In this document: positions 39,601 through 53,475 of the stretch, piece by piece
Layout of the letters: the number at the start of each line of letters is the position of its first letter
How positions within the stretch are numbered: position 1 is the first letter of the stretch
Assembly (NCBI GenBank): GCA_964187785.1
Contig: OZ076419.1
Location: forward strand, 14,260,001-14,324,000
Direction: 5' to 3'
Length of the DNA stretch: 64,000 bases
Origin: Amphiscolops sp. MND2022
Lineage: Eukaryota
Made by a program: the position numbers and the translations under genes
Notes under the pieces: generated by a model
What the model was told of the DNA's origin: nothing
The model's input: only the letters and a program-made list of their open reading frames with translations
The model's database searches: none

Positions 39601-42200
39601 GAACGCCACGATATCAGATAAAACTGAACATCCAGAAACTACAACAATTGTTCACTAGGAACAGTATGGTCTGGATAGATGGGTTCGGAAAGCAAATTTT
39701 TACAAGGAAGAAACGCATTAGCCACTTCTTAGACTATTTGCGAAACTCCGATTCACAATGTGCTGTTCACCTGAGGACGATGTTCCGAGCGGAATTGGAC
39801 CTTTTGCCTCTCACATCTGCACATGATGACAGCAGAAGCAACGCTGTTGTTTGTTTCTCAAAAATTTATCCAGCAGACGCAAGAAAGTTTCTAGTTCATC
39901 TTCTACTCTCAATGGGTCATTTTGATACAGAGTTAGACCTTTTCAATTGCAACAATTTGTGGGATAGCTTCAAAAACCCTGGACTAAGGACAAATACAAC
40001 AACCAAAGAAAACATATTGGATATCACTCGAAATTACATTCTTGAACAGGCCCAATTTCTGCCGGGTTCTACGAGAATGTTTGACCAAATGTCGTCCAAT
40101 GCTTCCAGCTGTTAACAGACTTTTTTGAGAAGGGCTCAATTTCCTACATGCAGCCACCCCGTGTTTTGTTGTCTTCAATCAAAAATTGTATGAATGACAA
40201 GACCCAAACTTTTCAACAAATCGCATGAACATTGCCAAAGGTTTGGTTGCGTCTGGAAAAGTTGAAAATAGCCCAAATGAACAAATGATCGCAGAAGCGA
40301 CTACGTCGTCCGTTGTTTGTTTCTCTGCGACAATCACCAAACTGACCAGTCAAAGCAATTCTGCCTTTGAGAAACAATTGAATGTACTGAAGTTTATCGA
40401 CGTAATTGACTGTTACCGATCTGGTGCAACAACATTCATTCCACATCATTTTGTTTTAGGAAAACCGGGAACTGGGAACTCCACATTCACTCTTGTTGCC
40501 CTCTATTACTCAATGTGCAAGGGTCTCAGTTGCATGGTTACAACAGTAGCTGGCGAAAAAGAGGCACAGTTTGGTGGACTGCATCTACATCGGCTCATCC
40601 CCCTCCCCATCAACACAAAATTGCTAGTGATGAAACAGGTTGAATCGACAGTCCAAAGACTCTATTGCGAACCAATGAGATTGATCCTCTTGAAACGTTT
40701 AGACGCCTTGATCATAGACGAAATTGGTATGCTGAATTCTGAGCAATGGTGCGTATTGGATCATGTGCTCCGGTTCTATAACAATTGCAACCTTCCAATG
40801 GGTGGAGTTTTAGTCATCGGCAACGGAGATCCCAAACAACTGGGACCACCTGCGGGACCCCTCCTTTGGATTCCCCCTGTACAATTTACCAACTTCACGT
40901 TGTTTTATTTGTCGGAATACGTTCGAATGGTGAATCCTCTGGGGACGCGAGTTTTGTCTTTGTTGGATAGTGTTCAAATAACTGAAACTGAGACGAGTGA
41001 AATTGTACGTAACTCAGAAGAAAGCTGTCGAATCGTAGGGAACTGGGAAGACATTAATGACCAAGCAATTCTGAAGGTACTACCAACTAAGCAGGCCGAA
41101 AGAAAACTAGTGCAAAAACATCAGCAATTTATTCAATGTTCACATCGAGAATATGTGTTACACAAATCTGTTGATGAAAATTCGAGGCGAGTTCAGAACC
41201 TTTGGGTTTCAACTCAGGACGTCAAAAGTGTTGCACATTTAAATAAAACTTGTTTGGAACCTGATTCGCTACTACTTTATGAAGGAGCCTCAATGAGAAT
41301 GACTCGCAAAATTATAGATTTACATGTCACCCAAGGTCAACTTTGTGTTGTGAAAAAAGTTCCCCAGTCCAACAGTAACACTATTGAGATGTACGTAGCC
41401 CCACCGTGTGTACGCACGTTGCCACCTGTTGGAGCTGATGGAAACCGTAGTTACGATTTGTTTGGATGGCAAAATATAATAGTAAAGAAGATCGAAGGCC
41501 TTCTTCATAGTTTTCGTTATCTTCCTCACTCCGTCGTATACAGTTTCCTCTGAAGCCTTTTCAAGCTGCGACATTTCATTAGTGCATAGGAGATGATGTG
41601 CCTCTCCTAGCAACTCAAATTGCCACCAATGATCCGTCGGAACGGTCGATGTTCAAGCTTTCGGAAAAAAAACCAGCTTTTGGTTTTGGTTAGCCGCGTC
41701 GAAGCATTAAAGCATTTAAGCTTCTTCGGCTCAAAATCAAGCAGCTTGAAAACAATTGAAGCAATTTGATACAACACTAGCCAGTGGAATTATTTCATCC
41801 ACGATTTTGTGGAATCGCTAGCTAATCAGAACCCCTCTGTCGCCGTAACAACATTTTCCATCTCGCAACTTGTATGTGCCATGTCACGCCAAACGCTCCC
41901 TGAAGACGATTGTGCAACAGTTTACTGCTTCATGTCCCTAAAAGATCAGCCGTGGTAATATAGGTAGATGTGTCAATATTCGGAAAGAAATAGAACGAGC
42001 AAACTCTTATTGTGCTGAGAGTCCGAAATCGACTGTTACAAAAAACCTTGGGCTCTCCTTTGTGCTGCTTTTGAGCCAAGTGTTTCTACTACAGATGCTT
42101 CCACAATCGCTTTGGAGAGTAACTGGTTCAACGCCGTACACTGTTTGCAAAGAAAAACCCTAATGATGTTTTCCAATGTTTACGGGATGTAACTGAACGT
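31438..42200 (+). mobile_element. E1 copy B: decayed Rep-helicase-GIY-YIG element
   Basis: Duplicate of 1634-12400: Rep about 38200-39100, helicase about 40225-41735, GIY-YIG about 41905-42145. Shares the inactivating stops and frameshifts I checked. Confidence 0.88.
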
Positions 42201-42842
42201 GATACTACTTTTCATAGAAGCATCAATTTTGTGGCTTTCGTGGACAGTCAACGACGTCTTTGTGGTTATCTTTAAGATAATCTTTTCTAAGCAGTTTTAT
42301 GTCGAAATCTCCTGAAAAAATGATGTAAAATGTTCATAACAATAATAACTCATTGTGTGTTATATTTGTTTACGTTTGTTCAAGCACGAATAAGTGCCAA
42401 CTTTGAAAATCGGAATACAAAACTCTCACAAAAAAGAATCATTAAGATCAAACTGCCGAGAGTTTGAATAAAAAACAAATTATCAGTTGAAAATATCTGT
42501 TGCAACATACCCAATTTTTTAAATAGACTGTTAACACATAGTAATGTAACATATTATTTCCAGTGTATCATCAATGCACGTGTTCGTCGTTTTTCAAAAA
42601 TTTATCATCATAAAGTCATGTTCAATTGCGGAAGGATGAATCGTTTTTGAATTTGTAACAATTATGCTAACTCGTCTTTATGAATTGTTCTTTATCGCTT
42701 TTTTAAACCTTTCAAATCTGCTAAGAATATATTGCCCACCTTCGGCTAATTATTATTGCCCTAAAAATGTCTTTTACGCTCTTTTGATATTGAAGAGCCC
42801 ACAACTTTTTGAAACACTATGTTATGTCCTCACTCGTCTGTT

Positions 42843-42881
42843 GAACACTGATTGGCTTTCTCTGGCAGCCAATCAGTGTTC
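42843..42881. other. Perfect 15-bp stem-loop, copy B
   Basis: Same sequence as 13036-13074. Confidence 0.9.
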
Positions 42882-45010
42882 CTCGGCTGACCTTGTTCAA
42901 TCTGATACCTTTTGTTAGAAGCCGTCTTCTGTTCCATTGCGTTATTTGCTGCGATACGCATCGTTAAAGCTGAATTAACTACTTTCAAGAGCTCATTGAT
43001 TTTGACTTAGCAAATCGTTCCTAGATTGTTATGTGTAAATGATTACTTTGCCGGTTGTCTGGCTCAATAGAACACTTAATCTGTTGGGCGCTAACTGTGA
43101 CCGGCTCAAGTGTCATCAATTACAAAGAATACTTTCGGACGGGTTTCCACATCGAGAGAAATCTTTCAATTGATGCTAGACTGTCAGTCGTTCAACGCCA
43201 AACCTTGTGTCCTTTCCCATATGATCTTTCTTCGTGTGATTTTGTCTTTGTTTGGCAGCTTGTTTCGAGTTTCTGGCTATGCTCATTTGCTGGAATGACT
43301 TCGTGGTGCAAAATGGTCCTAAATCGTTATGTGTAAATGATGGCATCACCGGTAGTCTGGCTCGACAGAGCACACAATCTGTTTGGCGCTAACAGTGGCT
43401 CACATGTCATCAAACACACAGTATAATTTCAGACCGGATTCCACACCGAATTGATTTACATCAATTGTACTAGGCCAACACTCTATTCCAATGTTGCCAA
43501 ACTACCCAAACAATCATAAATTGTCCTAATATATCATCGCACAGAATTTAGCAGGGTACTTGCATAGCTTCGGATTCTTTTCAGAATTATGTTCGAAGAT
43601 GAGAAACCAGCAAATGGAACTACTTTTGCTCTCAAGTCAACAAACACGAAAAAGTAATTTCTTTCTAAGACAGTAATCTAAAAAATTAGGGAGTTTTTAA
43701 GGCTTAGGTAATCTCGGAATTAAAATGTTAATACGAAGGATGTCTGGCTGAGTGTTATATATGAAATAGTCAAAAACAAATTTAGGTCTGAAATTTAGGA
43801 ATGAAATTTTGTCCCGCGAGAGATGTTGCATTACAAAGTTCTTAATTTTCAAAGTGACAGTCAGACCCACCCAGAAGCAAGTTAAAATGCGATTTGGTCA
43901 TCAAGTGAATCTTTTTCGTTCATCTTCACTACTGAAGTGCTGTACAGTGTGCAAGGAACATATACGTGAAGTTTTGTTAATTTTCCAAACAAATGCTTAT
44001 AACAATTAACCTTCACATCACCAAAGGTCGTTCGTGGTGCGGGCCTTCTGATTACTTCCGAGGTATACTCGGATCTGATCAGTAAAACGAGAAAACCACA
44101 AAAAGGTCGTTCAAGCTGCGGGCCGACATTCCCGTGAGGGGTGTTGAAACGAGAATACCGGTTTCTGAAGTTATCACAAGGTTACAGGGCATATAATTGG
44201 GTTGACCAGGCGACCGGGTAGGCCTGGCACGCTTTCCGGCACCGTGTTTCCTGAAGCTGCTGAGATAGGTAAGTAGATTTACGAGGAGTCATTTTGGTAT
44301 ATAGTTAAATATACTTTTTCACTAAGTTAATTTATCTTGGGGTTAACTATTCGCAGATGTTTCATTTTACTTTTATTTTTTCTCTCACGGCGTTTAACAT
44401 TACGAAGTTTCAATTTTTTCTCATCATACCATTGTTACACAATTACGAAATATCTAATTAAATGATACCAATTGGTTTTTGCTCATGGGCATCAGTGCTT
44501 CTATTTGAAAAATTCATGCCTGTCTTTAACAGTTCCCAAGAGTCATAAAAGTAAAATTTTGTTTGGATAAACAACTTTTGTGTTTATACAGGTGGCTCAG
44601 TGTTTCAAAGTCGCGAACAGAACGGTGATTCGAAGTCATTGGCAGATGCCAAAGTGCTCATAAAGAGCAGTTTATATATACTGCTCATTTAATGCATCAT
44701 ATACAGTTATGATATATGTTACCTTCGTTAAATTTTAATAGTACTTGAAAAAGATACTGTTACTCACTCTATCGTCTTTTGTTTTCCTGCTCTAATCAGT
44801 ATAGAGAGTTTAAATTGTCGTTAAACGGAAAAAACTATCATCAATTCTAGAAGTTCCCTCAAAATTCAGTAGTAACCTTTTTATTTACGTTCGGCTTCTT
44901 CCACGTTATTAGTTGACTTTAATCATCGACGCAATTTTCGGTATCTATTTTATGATTTCATCGACTTCAAACAATCCATTCACTTACAGTAATTAGTTTT
45001 GTAGATAGCC

Positions 45011-45881
45011 ATGTCAACTTCAAAACTTATGCTCATCAGCCACTCCATCGCGCGAAACGTTGTCTTGCCCCAAACAAAAATAGAATCCTTCAGTGGTGCC
45101 CGTGCTGGTGACGAGAGGCTTCATCGGTGCATCAGTGAGTGGCACGTTAGGAGACACCAACAAGGAATCCTCTCCCTAGGAGGCAATGGTTTAAAAGAAT
45201 GGAGTGGTAGACCGGCCGACACGCCGAAGAAGGTAATATTTTGAAAAAAAAATTCTAATAATTGTTTCCTTTTTCATAAACTTCCGGTAAAGGATAACAG
45301 TTTCTGAGCTTTCAACTATTGCAAGTTTTTATGCAATAAAAATTTTGCTCTCCCATAACAGGCTTTGATTGAACTCTGGGTGGCACTTTGTGTCTACCTA
45401 TGATGGGTTCAGTCACGGCCACAATCGCCGATATTTTAAAATTGAGGTTATTTTTTGTCTTGACTTAGATAGAACTCTAGGTGGCTTATTGTGTCAACCC
45501 ACGAAAAGTTCAATCCCAATTTCATTCTCTGTTATTTCCACTCACCTGTCTAATTGATTGTTTGCTTCAAGTCAGCGAACACATTTTCTCTCTAGTGAGA
45601 ATTTTGAGTGCCAAAGTTGATTTTGTCCATGTGATAGCCGTAGTTAGGCGAATAGATGAGGAGTTTCCTGAATTAAAAACAAGCCCACATTCAAGCGATC
45701 AACAAATTCTTACAAAAATGCCAGAATTTTTGACTACAATTACCATGGAGTGGGCTCTAAGTTAAATTCTTGTACGATATTGAAAGAGGATGGAGTCCAC
45801 TTGACGAAGAATGGAGTGTATAATTTTCAAGCATTGATTAGAGCAAAAATTAGCAAAATTTATCACAATTTCATTGAATGA
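45011..45881 (+). pseudogene. SGNH/GDSL hydrolase pseudogene 2, copy B
   Basis: Duplicate of 15204-16072; TGA at 45879-45881. Confidence 0.7.
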
Positions 45882-46465
45882 CTTTTGTTTCTGTTTTCAT
45901 TAACCTGTCATTTTATACATTGTGAGTTTTAACTGATCAACCTTTTTAGCATTTATATTGTGAATTGTGGTTTATGATGAATTTCATTTGGGTTGTTTTA
46001 GACCTGTAATTTTATACAATGTTGATTTTTAACTGATAGCCCTTTTTAGCATTCATACTGGGAAATTATGATTTATGTTGAATTCATTTGCATTGTTTTT
46101 AGCCCTTTCATTGTTTAAGTGGGATGGTACTGATTTATTGTTAAAGTTCCAATCAGTCACTTTGTATTTTAAAATGACTGTTTTTTAATTCACTATTCCA
46201 TCATCAAGTTTCTCAATGTTTTCTACTCAGTCGTTGCCAAGTTCTCCATCAAACAATTTTCGAACTTTGAAAGCAAATTCTCAGTTTTTAAACATTTTCG
46301 TTCACGTATACTTGAAGCTTTTATGATGATAAACCATGGAAATCTTTTTTCAGAGTTACTTGAGTGTTTCCATGCAATGTTATAAGGTTAGCCATTATTT
46401 TGCATCTGTGGTTCCCTATTTCTCCAATGGTACATTACTGTCGACGATTTGTCGTATAATACGGA

Positions 46466-46938
46466 TGTCAACCCACGATAGCTAAGCTTAGGTGGCATTT
46501 CCGTGTTTACTTGGCAATCACTTTGATTGGAAATATCATTATCCAATACACAGAGATTGGATTTCACACAGATGTTGACCCATGATAGCGAAACTTAAGT
46601 GGCATTTCTGTATTATTTTTGGTTACTTTATAAAAAAGTTAACGGTGAGTTTTTTCAACTGTTGTTATTTTACCGGTTTTTATACTTCGTTTATCGTACC
46701 ATATTTTATTTTCGTTGTTATTGCTGCTTCTTCGCAATTACGCCATCAGGTTATCTTCTTTATTATCATAGTCTACCCATAAAAGCTTCAGCTTAGGTGG
46801 CATCTGATATTTCCATCACGTTACCTAGTTTAGTTATGGATTAATACTTCTTTTCCTCATATTTCGTGCTCATGAGGCATTGGATACTTTCATCATTGAG
46901 TTATGTCTACCCATAACAGCATGCGCTTAGGTGGCATT
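46466..46938 (+). repeat. Array of four spaced 34-35 bp direct repeats just upstream of the E3 ORF
   Basis: tgtcaacccacgatagctaagcttaggtggcatt (46466-46499), tgttgacccatgatagcgaaacttaagtggcatt (46573-46606), agtctacccataaaagcttcagcttaggtggcatc (46770-46804), tgtctacccataacagcatgcgcttaggtggcatt (46904-46938). Spacers of 73, 163 and 99 nt show no obvious similarity. Confidence 0.88.
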
Positions 46939-49900
46939 GAATGTTAATTATCTTGAGTGTCGTAATTAGTGTCCAAATTGATGAGAATGACGCGAAGACA
47001 ATTCAGAAGGAATGCGCAAACAGGTCGCTTTCAAAGAGTTTCGAATGGCGATAGCCCCGAAAATGAGGATGCGTTTGTTGTTGAGGGCTCGTCACAAATA
47101 CCCCAGTGTTTACATGTTGATTACAGTGATGTAATTGATGTCGGGTTAATCGACAGTGTTGACGACATTTCCGATCGAAACGCCAACGATGATATTCCTC
47201 TTTTTGATCGTTCCCATCAGTGCACTTTCAGTGTTTTTCCGTTTCTTCGAAAACAGTTTCTTGTCACCTGGTCAAAGAGGTCTTTGCATAGCTGATCCCG
47301 ATGCTCGAGGACTATGTTACGACTGTTTGAGGAATAGCACGCTTTCTTATCCACTTCAATTCAAAATATATGTTTTGGGTCCCCTGGTTCCCAACTGGAA
47401 GTTTGGGAAAAAAATTGATATTGGTCTTACCAGACAACACCAGTCTATCCATGTTAGTTCTGAATGTGAACGATACCTCAAATGGAAAGCAAATGGAAAT
47501 TCGCGTGGCCAGCTGTCTTGAGTACTTTCATTTTCCAATGTAATGGCCAATATTTATTTCACCCGAAGAGTTTCGAGAGTCCTGGAGTGTTGCAGCGTCA
47601 CTTAAATCCTTGCACAATCTCTCTGGTCCCACTTTGTTTCAAGATTTTTCTATCAAGTTCAAAGAGTACATGGATATTCTAATCGAATACTCTGCTTACA
47701 ATTTGAAGTATATGCTAAATGATTATGCTTTCCCTGTTGTCAAATGTCCCGCTGGTTGTTCGACACTTTTGAAAAACTGTTCCAACGTATCCTTTGTTCT
47801 TTGTTCATTTGCTAAACTCATGGTTCCCCAATTTCTGTTCATTTGGAGCGAACTCAGAAAAAACTCACTGCTATGCGCTCCGATTTCTTGCAAAACTGTT
47901 TGCATTTGAATACATTTCTGACAGCACCGCACTTGGAAGTTAATTCTAATGGTTTGTTTCTCAAAACCTGTTCAGTGCACACCGATTTGCTGAAGAAGAA
48001 AGTTCATGTTCTCACATCGCTGTTGGGAAATCTTCTACATACACATTGCGATAGCTTAGCTCCGTTAACAACTAAAGCAAGAAATGCGACCTCATTGAGC
48101 GTGGGAAATTTTTCTCATACACATTCCATGGCTACAAGTAAAGGTAGTTTCGAAGGTATAAGTTTGTTGCAGTTCACTAGCGCCAGGCATTTTAACATGA
48201 AAAGTGAGTTATTGTTGCCGAATTCGGAAACTTTGTTCTCACAAAACCGTGTAGACGTTCGAAACTTACTTATTAGGCTTCTCAATGACAATGAGATTAA
48301 TCAATTCTTCTTAAACTCAATCGTGTCAGTCCATTCGCCTGTCCCTGATAATGTATTACAGCAACACATGTCCACTGATTCCAGTTTAACTTTTTTGCTT
48401 TTCTTGGACAAAAATAAAGTAGCAAATTATCGATTCCTGCTTCCCTACTAATTTGGCATCCAGACTTCATACTTCAAACAACTCCTGAAGATGCCTGTAG
48501 ATTTTTAATTCATAGAAGTTTGGGAGTTACTTTCATTGTTTTCCTTCTGAGTAATTTAGAGTTTTTCGGAGATTTGTTGTGGCAGAATATTAACAGTCAA
48601 AATCTACTGCTTTGTTTGAATCGTTTGCCGCGACTTCACTCAAATCGTCTTCACTTGAACTCTCCTTGTGTTGACTCCACCTTGAACGAAATGCAAATTT
48701 TTCATGCAATAGAAGATTTGTGTCGTCACAATTTGTTAACAATTGTCACCCAAGTGTTTGATCGTACAGATTCTTGCATCACCCTTCATTTGTCAGCTCG
48801 TAATTTGCTTCGATATGATATTTGCGATTTGTTTCCTTCCTTAGATTCTTCTCCATTGATAATGATTGCCATCGTTTGTACTGACAACGACCGACGTTGT
48901 GAACTACCACTGTCTGTTACCACTCAACAAGGCTCCTATTCTTCAGTTGTTGTCACTGAACTCAATATATCTAATGTAGCCTTTCGTTACAGCGGAAGAT
49001 TCCCAGGGTGGTGGCACGTTTCGTTTCCTTCTTTCATTCTCCTTAAAGAAGACGTTAATGTGATCAAACAGTTTAGTAGAAATTGGTATGTTGTTATATA
49101 TTTGACTGATTACCAAAGAGATTCCAGAGAGCAGTCACTGATGTTTTTCGGTGGTCTCCAAACATTTATTGCCTTTGTCTGTGGACATGAAGTCTTGACT
49201 GTCGTATCGCGACATGTAAAAACAAGACTGCTTGACGATGCCCAAAGGACACCTGTTCATCATCACTTTGTAATCGCCAATTCAAAACGCTTTCCCAAGT
49301 TGATAGTAGTAAATTCATTGACTCGATGCCTTCCACTTCATCTTTGGTTTGTTTGTTCGAAGACGAAAATCTTTCCGATACTGATACAGACATTTCTTTT
49401 TCCTCCCATGAAGAAACACTGTCATCGCCTTCTTTTGTTGGAATGCAGAAGCAGGTTTGAAAGAAGCAGGTTTGCCTTTCCAAGCTGCAGCAGAAACGGA
49501 AGCGAACTAGAGGAGCGTCATGATGCTGGAGCCGCTCCACTTCACTTATTAGTAAATGGTGTTTTGAGTGCATTCAAAGGAGCACAATTTCCTATTTTCC
49601 TTTCGAAACGTTACCTTCGATCCTTCCAGAACTTTGCTGCGTCTAATCCAGGAGAAGCGGTGTCCCTTTTACTAGCGGAAGCTTTACTGTCACCGAGCAT
49701 CTTCTTCAATCAACTTGCTGATGGATCTTTCACCGGTGGTCTATCGTATTTTCTATTTGGCGACAAACAAGATAATCATTTGTTTGGATTTCAATGTTTC
49801 CATGAGCACGTTTTAGCACGGATTACGAATCTAGAGTTGCCGGTGTCTCCAAATCGCAACTACCTTTTTTTATCTGAGGTTTTATTGAACATAATTCTTC

Positions 49901-50040
49901 GTATTACAACAACAAGCCACTTCTTCAAACGCGGCGTGCAAAACATTCAAGTCATCGGGAACAAAATCTGTGCTTTGTGAAATAACTTTGTCTTCAACCT
50001 TTCCAATTCTTGAAGAAATGTAGCCGAACTCGGAGAAGCC

Positions 50041-50845
50041 ATGAAGTCGGAAAAACCACACATTTTTGTAACTTTTAATTGGAATATGAAAAAACATTTT
50101 GGGATATCTACCCCCATAGGCGCTATTGGAGCCATGTTTCCGGACAAAACATCCGAAGAGTACAAGGCCACAGTTCAACTCTTCATGCCACTTATGATGC
50201 AGATGTGGCATGAAACTGTGACAAATTTAATTGAATATTTAATGAAGTCTTCTGAGCGCATTCTTGGTCACATTGTTAAAATCTGGAGACGAGCGGAATT
50301 CCAGGACTCTGTGGCCAATTTCCCTCATTATCACATCCTTCTTTGGTTGCTCGATGACATAAAATGCCTGGAGAGTTTAATAAAATCTACCAAAAAACAT
50401 TTTTACCACGCTTTCAAGGACATTTTCCGTTCCAACTTTAGAATCATTAACAGCTTGGACGAGATCAACGAGATTTATGACTTATTTGTGTCCCTCCAGT
50501 CTCATGATTGCTCGTCGTGTCGCAAAAAAAAGAGATTCAACCGGAAAAAACTGTCGCAGTCAACTGTATCTCCCATCAGAAAATTTCTGGCAGAGAGACA
50601 CTCCTCAACAATATTCTAAAGAACCTGTTTCTATCCTCAAAAAGTTGCAACTCACTAACGATTTTAATTATGATCCAACGAGAGAACTTAAGTGTCAGAA
50701 GTATCAGTACCCATCCACCGTTGGTGAGCACATATTTCCCAACTCGGTTGAATTATTTGCACTTACACTAAGTGGCAATGTTCAGATTATCACTGAGAAT
50801 TTTTGTTTCAAATACTTGAACAAGTATGCTGCTGGAAAAAAAACA
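50041..50845 (+). pseudogene. HUH (Y2) Rep domain of E3
   Basis: Motif 1 KPHIFVTFNWNMKKHFG, motif 2 RRAEFQDSVANFPHYHILLW, SHDCSSC, motif 3 KYLNKYAAG. Confidence 0.9.
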
Positions 50846-52229
50846 CGCAACAGTTGAAATCAAAGCTGGCTCTTCTGAAAATGCTTTCACCATGACCGCC
50901 CCCGAACTCCATAATGCAAACATAACGGGATCAGTTTTACGCGAAAAAAGGAAACAACAGGAAAGTAGAGATGTTGCTTCTATTTCTGCTCTTCAGGTTT
51001 CGCAAACTGAATTTCTTTGGTGGATGCAAAAGCTGCCTGTTGTGATCACGATCATTGAATTTATTCACGTTCCATCCATCGCGTTAGAATATAGGGGTGG
51101 CAAATTTTTCCAGACTCCAAGGCGGTAGGTATACCAATTCTTCAGGTAGTGCCAATGACGTTTTGAATGTATGTGAGCAATTGAACTTCCCACAACACAA
51201 TTGTTTTAGCATGCGTCGAGGATGCTTCTAATTCACTTTTCAGCACCAAAAAAGTTACTTTGTTTTTCCATTAGACCGCTTGAACTAATGTTTGTGGATC
51301 AGCTGAAACCATATTTCAAACTTTTTGTTCGCCAACCTGCCAAAAAAGCACAGAATGTTCAGTCCTCTCTTTTAACCAAAACGCCGAGGCCTTGGGTTGA
51401 TGCTACTGGTTCCGTTTTTAAAATACGATCTACTGCTTTTGACCAGCTTCAAGTATGGTTCAATACCTTGTCAAGCCAATCGTCACCGACATTAGATCAT
51501 TTTCGTTCCATTTTGCGTCGCTTGAATCAACCAGATTATTCTAGTACGTATGTGTTCGACAGCAGTTGTATTTCGTCTTGTCCACCGGAAATTGTTTTTT
51601 CGAAAGTTTATCCAAAAAGCCAGCTGAACTTTCTACTTCATTTACTGTACACGATGGGTCATTTCAGCACTGAATTGGACTTGTTCTCGGCTTCCAGTTT
51701 ACGATAGTGTTTTATTGGCGCTCAAGTGTTACCTTCATCACATGTATTTGATCAATCCCACAATGTTAACCTTTTGAACGCTATTGAGGCGTTTTGAACC
51801 TTAACCTTTTGAACGTTAACCTTTTTAACGCTGTTACGTCTTGGAGGAGTCGAAATTTCTTCCTGGAGGCAATATTTTTTTTCCTCCCGGTTAGTTTTTG
51901 CTGCTCAGGCTATTGACGCTCTTGGGCTTCACGACAGCATAAGCAGTAATTGTTTCCTTGGTGTTTTGATGAAATACCGTACTGATAATTCTGAACAGCA
52001 CGTATTAAATTGTCTGACAACATCTGAGATCTTCTTTATCAAAGGTTGAAACCTCCTAAAGTTACCAAAGTTCCAGCTGCTCGGGCAACTCAACCCTCTG
52101 GACATTGGGTTCCATTCCTCGTGAAACTATCTTCTCAATCGGATCGATCGTTCAATGAACAAGCTACATTGATAGATGCCATGGTTAAAATGATAGATAA
52201 CGTGATACATTCACGCACGCCCTTCAAAT

Positions 52230-53475
52230 GTCAACATTTATTGGGAAAACCTGGATCTGGTAAAAGTCATATAACTTCCATCGCTTTGTTATATGCCATG
52301 ACGAATGGTCTTCAATGATATGTAACGATTTTAGCCTCCCGTCGCGCATCTCATTGTAACTGCGATCATATTCATCGAATTTTCTGCATAAATCCTTCCG
52401 AAAAGGCGGATCCTAACACAGCTGCTGAAACAGCTCTGAAAAAGATGAACTATCATCCTGAAAAGGCTTTAATGATGTCGCTGAATAAATTGGTCATTAA
52501 AGAAATTGGGTTACTGAGCAGCGAGCTTCTGGTGACAATGAATTTGATACTGCAAAACGTCAGACAAAACCAGTTATTCTTTGGCGGTATATTTGTTATC
52601 GCTAACGGCGACACCAATCAATTGCCTAATATTGATGGTTCGATATTTTTCTGTCAACGACATTTTTCACGTTTGAAACCCACTATTTAACTACATTGGT
52701 TCAAATGCTAGACCCAATTGGTCAACGTTTACTTGAACTCATGAAACAACGGCCAATACCTGAAGCTGATGTAAACAGTATTGTTCGAATTATTCGAGAC
52801 AATTGCACTTTCGTACCAAATTGGGACTCTGTTGATGATTCTTCCATCATGAAAGTTTTCGGTAGACGCGAAGCTGAGCGAGAAGCGATGATTCGTCGCC
52901 AGACTTCCATCTCATCATCTGGCCAGACCTTTTACGAAATTTTTGCCGATGACGAAGTTTGCAATAGTGCCAGTAATAATTGGATTTCCGCAAACGATGA
53001 CGTTTCTACATTCCTTAACTCTGAATGCAGAGAACCTCGAAAAGTTATTGTGAAGGTGGAATCTGTTGTTAGACTTACAATTATTACTGAAAATTGCTCA
53101 CAATGCGAAATTTGTTGGAGACCTACCGTCAAATGGAAATTCCAGTTTGCTTCTCTACATTGCGCCGGAAAATTATTCAATTGCAACTCCGGATTTGTTT
53201 ACCCAAAAACTTTATCTATCGTGGCGTTCCATTCGCCTGCGCAAAGTTACGGGTTTTGTTCACAAGTGGGGCAAATCATCTGTGCGAAGGATTCAAATTC
53301 CTGTTACAAATTACGTCGCCCTCACTGTCCATAATCTAAGGGGTAACACCTTTGCAAAGATCGCCACTCAATTGTCTGTTCGAGAGAAAAAATATAGTCT
53401 TTAGTTACCCCCTCAGTTATGTATCATCGTCAGTCGTGTCCGTGATTTGAAAGACCGCGTGTTCGTCGGTGACCA
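52230..53475 (+). pseudogene. PIF1-family helicase domain of E3
   Basis: Walker A GKPGSGKS (52244-52267), LVIKEIGLL, FGGIFVIANGDTNQLPNI, RRIQIPVTNYVALTVHNLRGNT, QLCIIVSRVRDL. Confidence 0.92.

Larger units (their letters stand above)
29810..46352 (+). repeat. Copy B of the long direct duplication
   Basis: Colinear with 1-16544. Differences include a 3-nt deletion (tgaagaagttt vs tgaagttt), KSLD vs KRLD, GNRD vs GNGD and homopolymer lengths. Confidence 0.97.

Noticed and set aside
46466-46938. CRISPR array
   Set aside because: Repeats are degenerate, spacers are long and very unequal (73-163 nt), there are no cas-like ORFs, and the context is eukaryotic.
48520-49980. The 486-aa ORF as an intact stand-alone protein
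   Set aside because: It is part of the E3 polyprotein, and the conserved zinc finger and acidic linker lie in another frame, implying compensating frameshifts.
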